Assembly (NCBI GenBank): GCA_016931625.1 | Contig: JAFGEK010000079.1 | Location: 258 to 64,257 of the forward strand | DNA: 64,000 nt | Reading direction: 5' to 3' | From: Deltaproteobacteria bacterium | Lineage (GTDB): Bacteria > Myxococcota > XYA12-FULL-58-9 > JAFGEK01 | Part shown: positions 29,741-40,420 of the stretch, in pieces | How the letters are laid out: each line of letters opens with the position of its first letter | Position numbering within the stretch: position 1 is the first letter of the stretch | Translations under genes and position numbers: made by a program | Notes under the pieces: model-generated | What the model was told of the DNA's origin: nothing | Seen by the model: only the letters and a program-made list of their open reading frames with translations | Database searches by the model: none

Positions 29741-31402
29741 ATGAACCGCAAGACTACAATATTTTTTAGTTTATGTGCATTATTAGTTATTGCTGCAAAA
29801 GGCAATTCATGCACGCAAACCTGCGATACCAATGCTGATTGTGGAAAAGACAAATACTGCGCCAAAGTTGCTGAAGATTGTGCAGGCTCGGGGACGTGTG
29901 AAATACTGCCAACTATCTGTCCCAAAAATTATACTCCCGTATGTGGCTGTGATGGCAATGAATATAGCAATACCTGTTATGCAAATCGTCAGGGCGTAAA
30001 TGTTGCTTATGCGGGTGAGTGTAATACTGGAACTAACCCTGAAGCTTGTTTTAATAGCGAAAAATGTGGCGAAGGCAATTATTGCCTTTTTGCGAGTTGT
30101 GCTGCACAAACAGGTGAGTGTGCGAAACGCCCAGAAGCATGTTACGAAATTTACAGTCCAGTATGTGGCTGCGACGGCAAGACCTATAGCAACGATTGTT
30201 TCGCTGCGGGTGCGGGAATAAGTGTTGCTTATGATGGTGTGTGCGAAGGTGAAGTTGAAACCTGTTGGGACAATCAATCCTGTGGCCCCAAAGGCTATTG
30301 TAAGTTTGCTAGTTGTGCAGCAGAGACAGGAGTATGCCAAGCTCGGCCAGATGCTTGCTTAGATGAAGATAAAGCAGCAGTTTGCGGTTGTGACAATAAG
30401 ACATATAATAATGAATGTTTTGCTGCTATGGCGGGTGTACGTGTTGCCTATGAAGGTGAATGTAAAGTTGATCCCGACCCAGATCCAAAGACCTGTGGAA
30501 TTGATAAAAAATGTAACGAAGGTTTTTATTGTTTGCTAAATGAATGCAATGCCAACTCCGGCGTATGCGAAAAAATTCCAACAATTTGTCCGCTACAGAC
30601 AGATCCATTGCTTAAAGAAGATGTCTGTGGTTGCGATGGGATTAGCTATAAGAATTCATGTTTAGCAGCGGCCTCCGGTGTAAACATTGCGTATAAAGGT
30701 GAGTGCCAAACTGATCCCGATCCTGAGACCTGCAGGGATAACGAATTTTGTGGCATAAATCGTTATTGCAAGAAATCTAGTTGTGCTGCTGAATCAGGTT
30801 TGTGCAGTGACCAGCCCAGTAAAGATGATTGCAATGCTACTGATTATAAGCCGGTCTGCAGTTGCGAAGGTAATGATTATAATAACGAATGCTTAGCTGC
30901 AGCAGCTGGCGAAAATGTTGACTATGAAGGCAAATGCAAAACTGAACCACAAATTTGTTGGGAAGGTAATAAATGCCCCGAAGGTAACTACTGCCTATAC
31001 AACGCTTGTGGGGCAAAATCAGGTACGTGTACATTGCAACCAACTTATTGCCCAACTGTAAGAGAGCCGGTCTGTGGCTGCAATGGTGTTACTTATAGTA
31101 ATTCTTGTATAGCTGCTAATAAAGGCATGAGTATTGATTATAAAGGTGTTTGTGAAAGAGACCACTGCTTTAAAGTCGGTGAATGCGGCGAAGGTTTATA
31201 TTGTTATTTTGACTCTTGTGCTGCTGAAACCGGTAAATGCATAAAAGTTCCAACAGATTGTAAAAAACCAGCAAGACCAGTATGTGGTTGTGACTATAAT
31301 TTATACGACGATGAATGCCAAGCAGCAAACAAAGGCATTTCAATCGATTTAACAGGCATGCGATGCCTGCATTTTGAAAAGGGAATCAATATATTAGATT
31401 AG
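29741..31402 (+). CDS. Secreted/lipoprotein with 7 Kazal-type domains alternating with Cys-rich modules
   Basis: Seven [PAD]VC[GS]C...Y...C units. Signal peptide ending AKGNSC. GAGGG RBS. Confidence 0.88.
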   Translation: MNRKTTIFFSLCALLVIAAKGNSCTQTCDTNADCGKDKYCAKVAEDCAGSGTCEILPTICPKNYTPVCGCDGNEYSNTCYANRQGVNVAYAGECNTGTNPEACFNSEKCGEGNYCLFASCAAQTGECAKRPEACYEIYSPVCGCDGKTYSNDCFAAGAGISVAYDGVCEGEVETCWDNQSCGPKGYCKFASCAAETGVCQARPDACLDEDKAAVCGCDNKTYNNECFAAMAGVRVAYEGECKVDPDPDPKTCGIDKKCNEGFYCLLNECNANSGVCEKIPTICPLQTDPLLKEDVCGCDGISYKNSCLAAASGVNIAYKGECQTDPDPETCRDNEFCGINRYCKKSSCAAESGLCSDQPSKDDCNATDYKPVCSCEGNDYNNECLAAAAGENVDYEGKCKTEPQICWEGNKCPEGNYCLYNACGAKSGTCTLQPTYCPTVREPVCGCNGVTYSNSCIAANKGMSIDYKGVCERDHCFKVGECGEGLYCYFDSCAAETGKCIKVPTDCKKPARPVCGCDYNLYDDECQAANKGISIDLTGMRCLHFEKGINILD

Positions 31403-31415
31403 TAAATTATTTCGC

Positions 31416-31450
31416 CTCTTAAGGTCTCTTCTCATATGAGACCTTAAGAG
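31416..31450. terminator. 13-bp stem hairpin between convergent genes
   Basis: CTCTTAAGGTCTC-9nt-GAGACCTTAAGAG. Confidence 0.55.
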
Positions 31451-31475
31451 ACTAAAAGCTAGGGACACCCCCTAA

Positions 31476-31874
31476 TTATCCCGCCTTTACTGCAATTTTT
31501 TTAGCTTTTGCTGGTTCAGCTTTGGGCAGCGTTAAACGCAGGACACCGTTTTTCACATTGGCGGATATACGATCGCGATCGACATCAGTAGCCAAGGTAA
31601 ATACACGGCGATAGTCGCCATCGCTAAACTCTTTTAAACCTAAATTATAGCCAGCAAAATCACTGGTGGGCATATGTCCTTCGATAGTAAGCACATCGTT
31701 TTCAAGAGTAATGTCAATTGAACTTTCATCAATCCCGGCCATGTCAGCAGTTAACACAATTTCTTCATTTGATTCATTGATGTCAACCGCTGGTACTAAG
31801 ACCGGACGATTACTTGCGCGTTCAATACGATGAGCGACGCTTTTAGTATCTTGAGTTTCAAGTTGTGTTGACAT
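31476..31874 (-). CDS. Hsp20/alpha-crystallin small heat shock protein
   Basis: PAVDINE, ADMAG, NGVLRLTLPK. GGAGG RBS before ATG 31874. Confidence 0.92.
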   Translation of the reverse strand: MSTQLETQDTKSVAHRIERASNRPVLVPAVDINESNEEIVLTADMAGIDESSIDITLENDVLTIEGHMPTSDFAGYNLGLKEFSDGDYRRVFTLATDVDRDRISANVKNGVLRLTLPKAEPAKAKKIAVKAG

Positions 31875-31902
31875 GGCTTCCTCCATAACAACGAGATATA
31901 TA

Positions 31903-32343
31903 TTAATGAGATTTAACCGCAATCCGTTTTGGTCGATCAGCGTTGGCTCGCGGCAGCTTAAGTTCCAAGATACCGTTTTTAAAAGTAGCTTCTACCTGAT
32001 CCGACTCAAGTCGATATGGCATTTGCAAAGTGCGACTGAACGAACCAAACTCACGCTCTCGTCGGTGGTAAGTTGTATCCTTATCAGCCTCGGGGAGGTT
32101 GCGTTTGCCACTAATTGTTACCGAATCACCTAACACTGAAATATCAATGTCTTCTGGTGCGGTATCGGGTAATAATGCACGTAAAATAGCACCTTCGTCG
32201 TTAGTCCAGACGTTGATAGCTGGGGTGTTTACTATGCGTCCGTCGCTAGCATTAGAAAATACGCGATTAAATTCATCATGCAATCGAGACAGCTCCCGCC
32301 ACGGAGCCCACGTTCTTGCGAGACTGAACTCATTACCAAACAT
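31903..32343 (-). CDS. Hsp20/alpha-crystallin small heat shock protein
   Basis: REREFGSFSRT, FKNGILELKLPR. AAGGAGG RBS before ATG 32343. TTGACA-16bp-TAAATT upstream. Confidence 0.92.
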   Translation of the reverse strand: MFGNEFSLARTWAPWRELSRLHDEFNRVFSNASDGRIVNTPAINVWTNDEGAILRALLPDTAPEDIDISVLGDSVTISGKRNLPEADKDTTYHRREREFGSFSRTLQMPYRLESDQVEATFKNGILELKLPRANADRPKRIAVKSH

Positions 32344-32462
32344 GTTGTTCCTCCTTGCGGTTAAGCCCATTTGTTTGGGCGCCGTTTGTTGAGAGGAATT
32401 TAGGTAGACTCTTTTTACTGTCAACTATCGCTTCTGCAATAAAATTGAGTTAAAAGTATTTT

Positions 32463-33455
32463 ATGAAAAAAGTGATCTGGGGCGTTTTAAGTACCGCGAA
32501 TATCGCGATCAAAAAAGTAATTCCCGCAATGCAACAAAGTTCATGGTGCGAAATTCGCGCTATTGCGTCGCGCTCAGCAGACAAGGCGCACAAAGCGGCT
32601 GATACCTTAGGTATTACGCATGCTTATGGTTCCTACCAAGAATTGCTTGCTGATAGCGAGATTGAGGCAATTTATAATCCCTTGCCTAACCACTTACATG
32701 TGCCACTTACATTGCAGGCGGCTGCTGCCGGTAAGCATGTCTTATGCGAAAAACCAATAGCTTTAAATCACCACGAAGCCGAACAGCTTCTTGCTGCGGC
32801 TAATAAAGTAAAAATAATGGAAGCATTTATGGTGCGCTTTCATCCACAGTGGCAACGTGTACGTGAACTAATCAGTAGTGGGCATATCGGTACACCTCGT
32901 GCAGTACAAGTATTTTTTTCATTTTTTAACGACAACCCAAGAGATGTGCGAAACCAAGCTATGATCGGTGGTGGTGCTTTATACGATATTGGCTGTTATG
33001 CCATTCTAGCCGGTCGTTTTATGTTTGCTGCAAAAGCCAAGCGAGCTATTGCGCTTATCGATCGCGATCCAAATTTTGGCATAGATCGTACCAGCAGCGG
33101 CATTGTCGATTTTGGCGAAGGACGTCAACTTAGTTTCACCGTTTCGACGCAAGCTGATAACTACCAATTAATGCAAGTACATGGCAGTAAAGGACGCATC
33201 GAATTAGCCATACCCTTTAACCCGCAATCAGAAACTCGCATTTTAATTGCTGATCATGAAACTCAAATAGGTGACCCTTTAAAAGTTGAAATAATACCAA
33301 AATGCGATCAATACACCTTACAAGGCGAAGCATTCTCGCGAGCTATTCGGGGCGAGATTGAATTACCCTATGATGTTAACGATGCCATACAAAATATGCG
33401 TATTATTGATGCGCTCTTTCGTTCAGAGCAAAGCGGTACTTGGGAAACATGTTAG
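32463..33455 (+). CDS. Gfo/Idh/MocA oxidoreductase
   Basis: WGVLSTANIA, YNPLPNHLH, GKHVLCEKP, GGGALYDIGCY. Confidence 0.92.
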   Translation: MKKVIWGVLSTANIAIKKVIPAMQQSSWCEIRAIASRSADKAHKAADTLGITHAYGSYQELLADSEIEAIYNPLPNHLHVPLTLQAAAAGKHVLCEKPIALNHHEAEQLLAAANKVKIMEAFMVRFHPQWQRVRELISSGHIGTPRAVQVFFSFFNDNPRDVRNQAMIGGGALYDIGCYAILAGRFMFAAKAKRAIALIDRDPNFGIDRTSSGIVDFGEGRQLSFTVSTQADNYQLMQVHGSKGRIELAIPFNPQSETRILIADHETQIGDPLKVEIIPKCDQYTLQGEAFSRAIRGEIELPYDVNDAIQNMRIIDALFRSEQSGTWETC

Positions 33456-33504
33456 CCCTATAGGAATGATATTGTACTAAGAGGCTATTTATAGGAGATA
33501 GCTA

Positions 33505-34116
33505 ATGATTAACGACAGCAAAAAAGTAATACTTGACGAGACGGCATGGCGTTTACTTTTATTAGATGCGCGCACTCATAAGGCATGGATCAATAAGCCA
33601 ATTGCTGACGATCTACTAAAAAGATTATATAATTTGGTTCGTATGGCTCCGACCGCTATGAATATACAACCGATACGTCTATTGTTTGTAAAAAGCCGAG
33701 AAGCCAAAGAGCGCCTACGACCAACTTTAGACCATGGTAATGTCGATAAAACAATGGCTGCGCCGGTTACTGTTATCATTGCATACGATACTGAATTCTA
33801 CCATAAAATGCCCAAGTTGGTGCCACACGATCCAGATGCAGGCAAGCGGATCGCTGCAAGAGAGTCAGAAGCTATAATACGAATGGCACTTGCTAGCGCG
33901 ACACTACAAGCAGGTTATTTAATCCTAGCGGCCCGAGGGCTTGGGCTTGATTGTGGACCCATGGGGGGATTTAACGCTAATAGAGTTGACGTTGAATTTT
34001 TACCTGAAGGTAAATGGAAGTCGTTTTTGTTATTGAACCTTGGTTATGGTGATTCATCGCAACTTATTGCAAGAGCACCTAGATTAGAATTCGATGAGGC
34101 TTGCGAAATTATCTAA
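33505..34116 (+). CDS. rutE: Nitroreductase family, malonic semialdehyde reductase-like
   Basis: ARTH, APTAMNIQP, GNVDKTMAAPV, LQAGYLILAARGLGLDCGPMGGF, PRLEFDEAC. Confidence 0.8.
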   Translation: MINDSKKVILDETAWRLLLLDARTHKAWINKPIADDLLKRLYNLVRMAPTAMNIQPIRLLFVKSREAKERLRPTLDHGNVDKTMAAPVTVIIAYDTEFYHKMPKLVPHDPDAGKRIAARESEAIIRMALASATLQAGYLILAARGLGLDCGPMGGFNANRVDVEFLPEGKWKSFLLLNLGYGDSSQLIARAPRLEFDEACEII

Positions 34117-34259
34117 TTATCCGACATATTAACATTAGGATATAGTCTATGACATTTTCTATTTATGACTTTTTAGTGAAGACTAACAAAGGTGAAGAAA
34201 TAACCTACAAAAATATCGTGGTAAAGTTTTGCTGATTTTTAAAGCAACCAGTATAACGA

Positions 34260-34590
34260 TTATATTTGTTCTGTTGCGATGATTGTATTATTTAATTTAT
34301 TAGAATCACTGAGCATCCGCAGTTGTATAAATATCGCAGTGGCGGTTAAAGAAGTGGCGCAGAAATCAGCTATAGGTATAGCAAACCACACGCCATCAAG
34401 ACTAAACCATCGAGGTAGTAATAATAGTAATGGCAAAAGTAGAATTACTTGGCGTGACAAGCTTAATAGCAAAGCGATTTTGGCTTTACCGATAGCTTGA
34501 AAAAATTAGCACCAATGATTTGAAATCCAATTATTGGTAAAACAGCAAAACAAATATGTATGCCATGTACACCAATTTTAATTAGATTAT
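34260..34590 (-). pseudogene. MATE efflux transporter C-terminal remnant (frameshifted)
   Basis: LPIIGFQII / FFQAIGKAKIALLLSLSRQV...LDGVWFAIPIAD. Confidence 0.75.
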
Positions 34591-34757
34591 AAAAGCGCTA
34601 GGTTACTGCTTTGGGATTTCGTTATTAGACTTGATTACGAATAATCTCACTTAAAATTTTTAATTCTCTGTTCCCTGTTCTTTAAATCTTCATTTTGTCT
34701 TTAACCAAGCGAGGTTGAACTTACGTATTTAAAGAACTTAAGAATAGGGGACGGGGA

Positions 34758-35045
34758 ATGAAAGGCGATGATATAGCTGATAGACTGCTACTTTTTGCCG
34801 TAGATGTATTTAACTTGGCTTTTGAAAATACCACAAGATGTAGCAGGAAAACATTTATCGCGACAGCTTATACGTTAATCTACAGGCGGTGGCGCAAATT
34901 ATGAAGAAGCACGCGGTGCACTTAAGCAAAGCTGATTTTATACATAAGGTAAGCATCGCAGTTAAAGAATTACGAGAATCTTTGTATTGGCGTAAAATTG
35001 ATAAAACGAGCAAAGCTTTCAACATGTGTTAAACTTGACGAGCAA
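34758..35045 (+). pseudogene. Four-helix-bundle (23S rRNA IVP-like) gene with frameshifts and a stop
   Basis: Pieces read MKGDDIADRLLLFAVDV / KHLSRQLIR*STGGGANYEEARGA / SKADFIHKVSIAVKELRESLYW. Confidence 0.75.
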
Positions 35046-35252
35046 CATTTAGGGACACTCCCTAATTACTTTCAATCTTGATCGTGTTGATGGTTAAATA
35101 TTTTGATTCACTATTTAAAAAAATGGTGGCATTTAAGCTTTAGAAAAAAATGGTAGCTTTTTAAGAAGTAACTATTTTGGTAAATATTTAAATAAAACCA
35201 TTGCACAAAATTATTCGTCTGCGGTGTCAGTATCGTTAGAGCATTTTGGAGA

Positions 35253-35801
35253 ATGGTAATGCATATTAGCCTTAAAGTAGCATTACAGCTGTTAGTATTT
35301 GCTATGACAGCCTGCGGACCAGAAACCGAAGAAATTACTTTAGTAGTAGAAGATTATCGTGTGCCTTGTTATTACCAATTGGCGCGTTTATGCTATTTAA
35401 CTAATGAAGGTGTAATCTATGAAGATATTGAAAATTGGCGTTATCGGTGGGGATATCAGACGGTTTTACAAATAAAGAGAGAAAAAGTTAAAAATCCGCT
35501 GATGGATGAACTACCGTATCGTTATTATTATGAGAAAGAAATATTTGCCGAGCGAGTAGTCACAGGGAGTAAATTTAAAATTAACATTCAAGACCCTGGG
35601 CATTTAACCTATGTTGATGAAAGCAGGTATTCGTTGGTGGGTGAGCAAGATATAGATTGCGGCAAGAATTCTTTATGTGAGCAAATCGCTGCTGCCTTAC
35701 AAAATGACGAAATGTATTTCAAACTAGAATTAAGTCATCCTGCTAATGAATCAGAGCCTTTTCTACTTGAAACATTTATCCCACACTCAAAAGAAAACTA
35801 A
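35253..35801 (+). CDS. DUF4377-like lipoprotein
   Basis: Lipobox MTAC. IENWRYRWGY...NPLMD...YRY. Confidence 0.6.
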   Translation: MVMHISLKVALQLLVFAMTACGPETEEITLVVEDYRVPCYYQLARLCYLTNEGVIYEDIENWRYRWGYQTVLQIKREKVKNPLMDELPYRYYYEKEIFAERVVTGSKFKINIQDPGHLTYVDESRYSLVGEQDIDCGKNSLCEQIAAALQNDEMYFKLELSHPANESEPFLLETFIPHSKEN

Positions 35802-35865
35802 GAGCTACTATATTACCGTATAAATATATTATGACAGTAGTGGCAGAAATATGCCTTGTAAAAGC

Positions 35866-35905
35866 GAAGTAACAACCATCGCCTTAAGGCGATGGTTGTT
35901 ACTTC
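35866..35905. repeat. Perfect 40-bp palindrome
   Basis: GAAGTAACAACCATCGCCTT|AAGGCGATGGTTGTTACTTC. Confidence 0.95.
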
Positions 35906-36146
35906 TGATAATATCAGATTACGTATCGCCGCAGTGCGAGCCTTGCGTTTTATACCAGGTCAAAAAACTGACAATATTATTGCGCAAGCAATGACTACTG
36001 AACCTAGCACCAGTGTACGACGTGCAGCTTTGTTAGCCGCATCATATCGAACCCGAAAACCATTAACCGAGGCTTTACAACAAGTTGCACGAAGCGATCC
36101 TAATGATGATATTCGCAAAGAAGCAGCTAAATTATTGCATGATTAG
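35892..36146 (+). pseudogene. HEAT-repeat C-terminal fragment
   Basis: LRIAAVRAL, EPSTSVRRAAL, DPNDDIRKEA. No RBS, and it begins inside the palindrome. Confidence 0.55.
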
Positions 36147-36250
36147 ACTGTGCTACTGCGTTATTGCTTTAATTATTTAATTAACAAAAACATGTCATAG
36201 CTTGTGATTTTCCCCTAAAAGTATCAATTTAAATAGTAGAGGTGTGGGTC

Positions 36251-36454
36251 ATGTATACTGTTACTTATTCGGTACCATCAATGCGCTGTGGACACTGTAG
36301 CAATGCTATTGAATCAGAGGTAGGTGAACTGCAAGGTGTGGCATCAGTCAAAGCAGACAATACAACTAAACAAGTTAATATTGTATTTGATAAACCAGCT
36401 AGTGAAGGACAAATCAAAGCATTGCTAGCCGAAATGAATTATCCCGTAGCTTAG
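36251..36454 (+). CDS. copZ: Copper chaperone (HMA domain)
   Basis: MRCGHC motif, directly upstream of copA. Confidence 0.88.
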   Translation: MYTVTYSVPSMRCGHCSNAIESEVGELQGVASVKADNTTKQVNIVFDKPASEGQIKALLAEMNYPVA

Positions 36455-36467
36455 AATTTAGTTAGCC

Positions 36468-38918
36468 ATGAGTGCATCTATGAATGAGCCTGGCACTAAA
36501 CAGCTTACTCTACCGATTACCGGTATGACCTGCGCTAATTGTGTTGCTACTATTGAGCGTAATCTAAAAAAGCTTAACGGTGTAAATAGCGTGGTAGTAA
36601 ATCTTTCATCTGAACGTGCTACAGTAAGTTATGATGAAAGCAAACTTGCGCTGCAAGATTTTATAGCTCGTATTAAGCGTGCGGGTTATGGCATTGCTAC
36701 TGGTGAAGCCGAATTAATTATTAAAAACTTAGCGGATGATAGTGATGCACAGCGATTATTAAAAGCATTAAGTAGCACTAACGGAGTAGTAACTGCTCAA
36801 GTTAATTATGCCACTGAAAAAGCGCGCATCAAATATGTGCCAACAATTGTCAGCCAAGCACAATTGCGCCAGGTGGTTAAAGTTAACGGGTTTGCTGCTA
36901 TCGAACTTGGTGCAAAAGCCCAAGATATTGAGGCGCAAACGCGGGCGCTAGAAATTGCGCAACAAAAGCGATTGCTTATTGTTGGCTTGTTATTAACGGT
37001 ACCATTATTTCTTATTAGTATGGGGCGCGATTTTAATTTGTTGCCCATAATACCGACAGGGCCGTGGAGTAATTATCTTTTACTGGCATTGGCAACCCCG
37101 GTGCAATTTTACGTTGGTGCACAATATTATAGTGGCGCATATAAAGCACTACGCAATAAAGCCGCAAATATGGATGTACTCATCGCCATGGGTTCATCAG
37201 CAGCTTTCTTTTATTCGCTACCGGTAACTTTTGGATTGTTGCCGGGTCATGTTTATTATGAGACTGCGGCGGTTATCATCACCCTAATAAAACTTGGCAA
37301 ATATCTTGAGGCCCGTGCCAAAGGGCATGCCTTCGCAGCCATCAAAAAATTAATGGGATTACGCGCCAAGAGTGCACATGTGATTCGTGATGATAAAGAA
37401 GTCGAAGTGTTAATTGATGATGTGCAAGTTGGTGACATTGTTGTGGTTAAACCAGGAGAAAATATTCCGGTAGATGGTGTGCTGATTGCTGGGCAGAGTA
37501 GCGTGGATGAATCGATGTTAACCGGCGAATCGCTGCCAGTAACTAAAAAGCAAGGTAGCACGGTCATTGGTGCTACATTAAATAGACTGGGTACGTTGCA
37601 GTTTGAAGCTACTAAAGTTGGTAAAGAAGCAGCATTAGCGCAAATAATAAAACTAGTTCAAGATGCACAAGCCAGCAAAGCACCGATTCAAAAAATAGCT
37701 GATCAAGTATCGGCCATTTTTGTGCCAGTTGTATTAATTATTGCCGCAATAACTTTTAATGCTTGGTATTTTGTGGCGAGCACAGTTGATGGGCAATTTA
37801 CGCGTGCTTTAATTAATACGGTGGCAGTTTTAGTAATTGCCTGCCCGTGCGCTATGGGGTTAGCTACCCCAACGGCAGTATTAGTTGGTACTGGTAAAGC
37901 GGCACAAGCAGGGATACTGTTTCGCAATAGCGAGGCACTTGAACGCGCTGGTAAATTGTCAGTTGTGGTGTTTGATAAAACAGGTACGATTACCAAAGGT
38001 CTGCCAACTATTACTGATATTGTAGTTAATCAACATGCGACATTAAGCGCTGATACAATATTGCAATTTGCCGCTTCGGTAGAGTCGAGCAGTGAACATC
38101 CTTTGGCCGAGGCGATTTTGCAAGCAGCCAAAGCTCGTGGCTTAAAGTTATTAGAGGCTACTAGGTTTGAGGCCGAGCCTGGTTATGGGGTACTTGCTGA
38201 TGTTGATGGCAAAATCGTGGCTATTGGTAATTTTAAAATGATGCAAACTCACGATTGGCTGAAAAATGATCTTGCTTCTGAGGTTACTCGTTTGCAAGAC
38301 GAAGCCAAAACCGTGATGCTGGTAGCTATAGATGCTCAAGTTGCTGCTGCTATCGCTGTTGCTGATGTAGTAAAAGAAGACTCGCAAGCTGCAATCACCA
38401 AGTTGCGTGATATGGGTTTGCAAATACTAATGCTTACCGGTGATAATCAAAAAACTGCAGCAGCAATCGCCAATAAGATTGGTATTAGTAAAGTGATTGC
38501 CGAAGTAATGCCCGAGCATAAAACCCAGGCAATTAAAGATTTGCAAACAGCTAATGAAAATAAAAATATACCAAATATAGTTGCAATGGTGGGTGATGGA
38601 ATAAATGACGCGCCAGCTTTAGCCCAAGCCGATGTGGGTATTGCTATTGGTACCGGTACCGATGTCGCCATGGCTACGGCATCGGTGACGTTGATTAGCG
38701 GTAACCTGCATGGCGTAGCGCGGATGATAAATTTATCACGCCAAACTTTGCGCACAATTAAGCAAAATTTATTCTGGGCATTTTTTTATAACGTTGTGCT
38801 TATCCCCGCTGCAGCGCTGGGTTTTTTGCATCCAATGTTAGCCGCCGGCGCTATGGCTTTTAGTAGCGTGTTTGTGGTTAGCAATAGTTTAAGATTGCGG
38901 CGAGTGAAGTTGGGGTAG
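36468..38918 (+). CDS. copA: Cu(I)-exporting P1B-type ATPase
   Basis: [38 protein letters not shown]. Confidence 0.93.
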   Translation: MSASMNEPGTKQLTLPITGMTCANCVATIERNLKKLNGVNSVVVNLSSERATVSYDESKLALQDFIARIKRAGYGIATGEAELIIKNLADDSDAQRLLKALSSTNGVVTAQVNYATEKARIKYVPTIVSQAQLRQVVKVNGFAAIELGAKAQDIEAQTRALEIAQQKRLLIVGLLLTVPLFLISMGRDFNLLPIIPTGPWSNYLLLALATPVQFYVGAQYYSGAYKALRNKAANMDVLIAMGSSAAFFYSLPVTFGLLPGHVYYETAAVIITLIKLGKYLEARAKGHAFAAIKKLMGLRAKSAHVIRDDKEVEVLIDDVQVGDIVVVKPGENIPVDGVLIAGQSSVDESMLTGESLPVTKKQGSTVIGATLNRLGTLQFEATKVGKEAALAQIIKLVQDAQASKAPIQKIADQVSAIFVPVVLIIAAITFNAWYFVASTVDGQFTRALINTVAVLVIACPCAMGLATPTAVLVGTGKAAQAGILFRNSEALERAGKLSVVVFDKTGTITKGLPTITDIVVNQHATLSADTILQFAASVESSSEHPLAEAILQAAKARGLKLLEATRFEAEPGYGVLADVDGKIVAIGNFKMMQTHDWLKNDLASEVTRLQDEAKTVMLVAIDAQVAAAIAVADVVKEDSQAAITKLRDMGLQILMLTGDNQKTAAAIANKIGISKVIAEVMPEHKTQAIKDLQTANENKNIPNIVAMVGDGINDAPALAQADVGIAIGTGTDVAMATASVTLISGNLHGVARMINLSRQTLRTIKQNLFWAFFYNVVLIPAAALGFLHPMLAAGAMAFSSVFVVSNSLRLRRVKLG

Positions 38919-38943
38919 TGTTAAAAAATTTTTTCAAGGCAAA

Positions 38944-39025
38944 TACCCATAAATATATCCAAAAATATCCATAATTATTGATATTTTCATTAATATATGG
39001 ATATTTATGGATAAACATATGGGTA
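38944..39025. promoter_or_regulatory. 30-bp imperfect inverted repeat (26/30) upstream of the Fic remnant
   Basis: TACCCATAAATATATCCAAAAATATCCATA ... TATGGATATTTATGGATAAACATATGGGTA. Confidence 0.6.
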
Positions 39026-39029
39026 AAAA

Positions 39030-39439
39030 ATGAAACCATTAAAAAAGCTAGTCATAACTGCAAAATTATTAAAAAATATTGCCGAAATTGATGAGTTTAA
39101 GGGTCGTTGGGAAGCTATCGGTAATCTAGCTCCTGAACGATTATCTGCTTTCAAAAAAATAGCAACTATAGAGTCGGTTGGCTCTTCAATTCGTATAGAA
39201 GGTGTACAGCTTAACGATGATGAGATTGAAAAAATACTTTCAGGGTTAGATATAAAACACTATCAGAAAAAATTATTGAAATTATTAGGGAGCATGGGCG
39301 CATAACAGTTCGCGATGCTGTGATACTTATTAAGGCTAATCGCAACACGATAAAAAAGCATCTCAAACAACTATATGAAACTGGTTATATTATACAGAGA
39401 GGAGAAGGCAAAGGTACTTGGTACGAAAAGAAAACTTAA
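39030..39439 (+). pseudogene. Fic-family gene with its catalytic core deleted
   Basis: N-terminal IAEIDEFKGRW...ATIESVGSSIRIEG joined out of frame to a wHTH tail LSEKIIEIIREHGRIT...GEGKGTWY. Confidence 0.75.
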
Positions 39440-39479
39440 TCATTAAGCAGCAGCAGTGGTGCCAGGTAGCAAATTGTAA

Positions 39480-40292
39480 TTAATAGGTTACAATATCATT
39501 GGGATTAACATTAAGCCTTTCAGCAATTTTTTGTATAGTTGATTGATGTGGATTTTTAACTTCATTACGCTCTATACGTCCCATTTCTTTTTCGGTCACA
39601 TCTGGTAAGAAATCATTGAGTCTAAGACCGCGCTGAAGTCGGAGTCGACGAAGCGCAGCACCAAAGCTTCTATCTTTTTTTAAACGATTCTTTTTAGCAC
39701 GGCGCCGATAATCTGCATCTAACTCGAAAAGTATAGCGTCTGCAGATGCTTCGTAGTTACCAAGTTTTATGGTTTGCCCGTAATCAATAATTTCAAAGTC
39801 AGTAAAGTTTGGTTTGCTATGGCCTGATGAATTACTAAATAAAGAAAATGGTGCTACTAATCGACTCATGTCACCGCGATATAGTGTTATGACTTTATCT
39901 TTAGCATCGACACGCCCGCCAATAAAAAGGTCGTTATGATTAGAGGCAGCAAGTACTTCGGCGATATCAGCAGAATTAAGCATGCTAACATCATTTTGTC
40001 GAACGATTACAGATTTGAAGAAAGCATTAAGAAAATCGATTCTTGAACTATCTATATGCTCAAGCAGCAATAAACGCTGTTCTCGTATATTACTTTTTAA
40101 ATAGTAAGCTCTCCAATAAGCAACAAGATCACTAATATCGTGTGCTCGTTTAACTATCCATAGTGCTGATTTTGTTAAGGAGGGCATATCTAGTTCAGCT
40201 TGTTTAGGACGACTAAGAATAAAAGGGTTGAGGCGTTCGAAGGGTTTCGATTTATTATTTGCATCAACAATAATTAGATCTGCCGTCTTCAT
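39480..40292 (-). CDS. XRE-HTH protein with DUF2442-like middle domain (antitoxin/regulator-like)
   Basis: PNFTDFEIIDYGQTIKLG followed by FGAALRRLRLQRGL...GRIERNE...TIQKIAERL. Confidence 0.6.
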   Translation of the reverse strand: MKTADLIIVDANNKSKPFERLNPFILSRPKQAELDMPSLTKSALWIVKRAHDISDLVAYWRAYYLKSNIREQRLLLLEHIDSSRIDFLNAFFKSVIVRQNDVSMLNSADIAEVLAASNHNDLFIGGRVDAKDKVITLYRGDMSRLVAPFSLFSNSSGHSKPNFTDFEIIDYGQTIKLGNYEASADAILFELDADYRRRAKKNRLKKDRSFGAALRRLRLQRGLRLNDFLPDVTEKEMGRIERNEVKNPHQSTIQKIAERLNVNPNDIVTY

Positions 40293-40420
40293 TCTTCACA
40301 CTCTTTAACCGGATTATTGGGGTACATTTTGTTCCATTCATTTACAAGGACATGCCAAGATTCGTATATTTCATCTATTTTATAACCAAATGAGATTAAG
40401 CGAATACAGCAATCACTCAT
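40289..40420 (-). CDS. 43-aa small ORF or remnant coupled to the HTH gene
   Basis: ...IYESWHVLVNEWNKMYPNNPV...; ATGA overlap with the start at 40292. Confidence 0.4.
   Translation of the reverse strand: MSDCCIRLISFGYKIDEIYESWHVLVNEWNKMYPNNPVKECEE

Noticed and set aside
32344..32462. CIRCE/HrcA operator for the hsp20 pair
   Set aside because: No TTAGCACTC-N9-GAGTGCTAA match. Only a sigma70-like promoter is visible.
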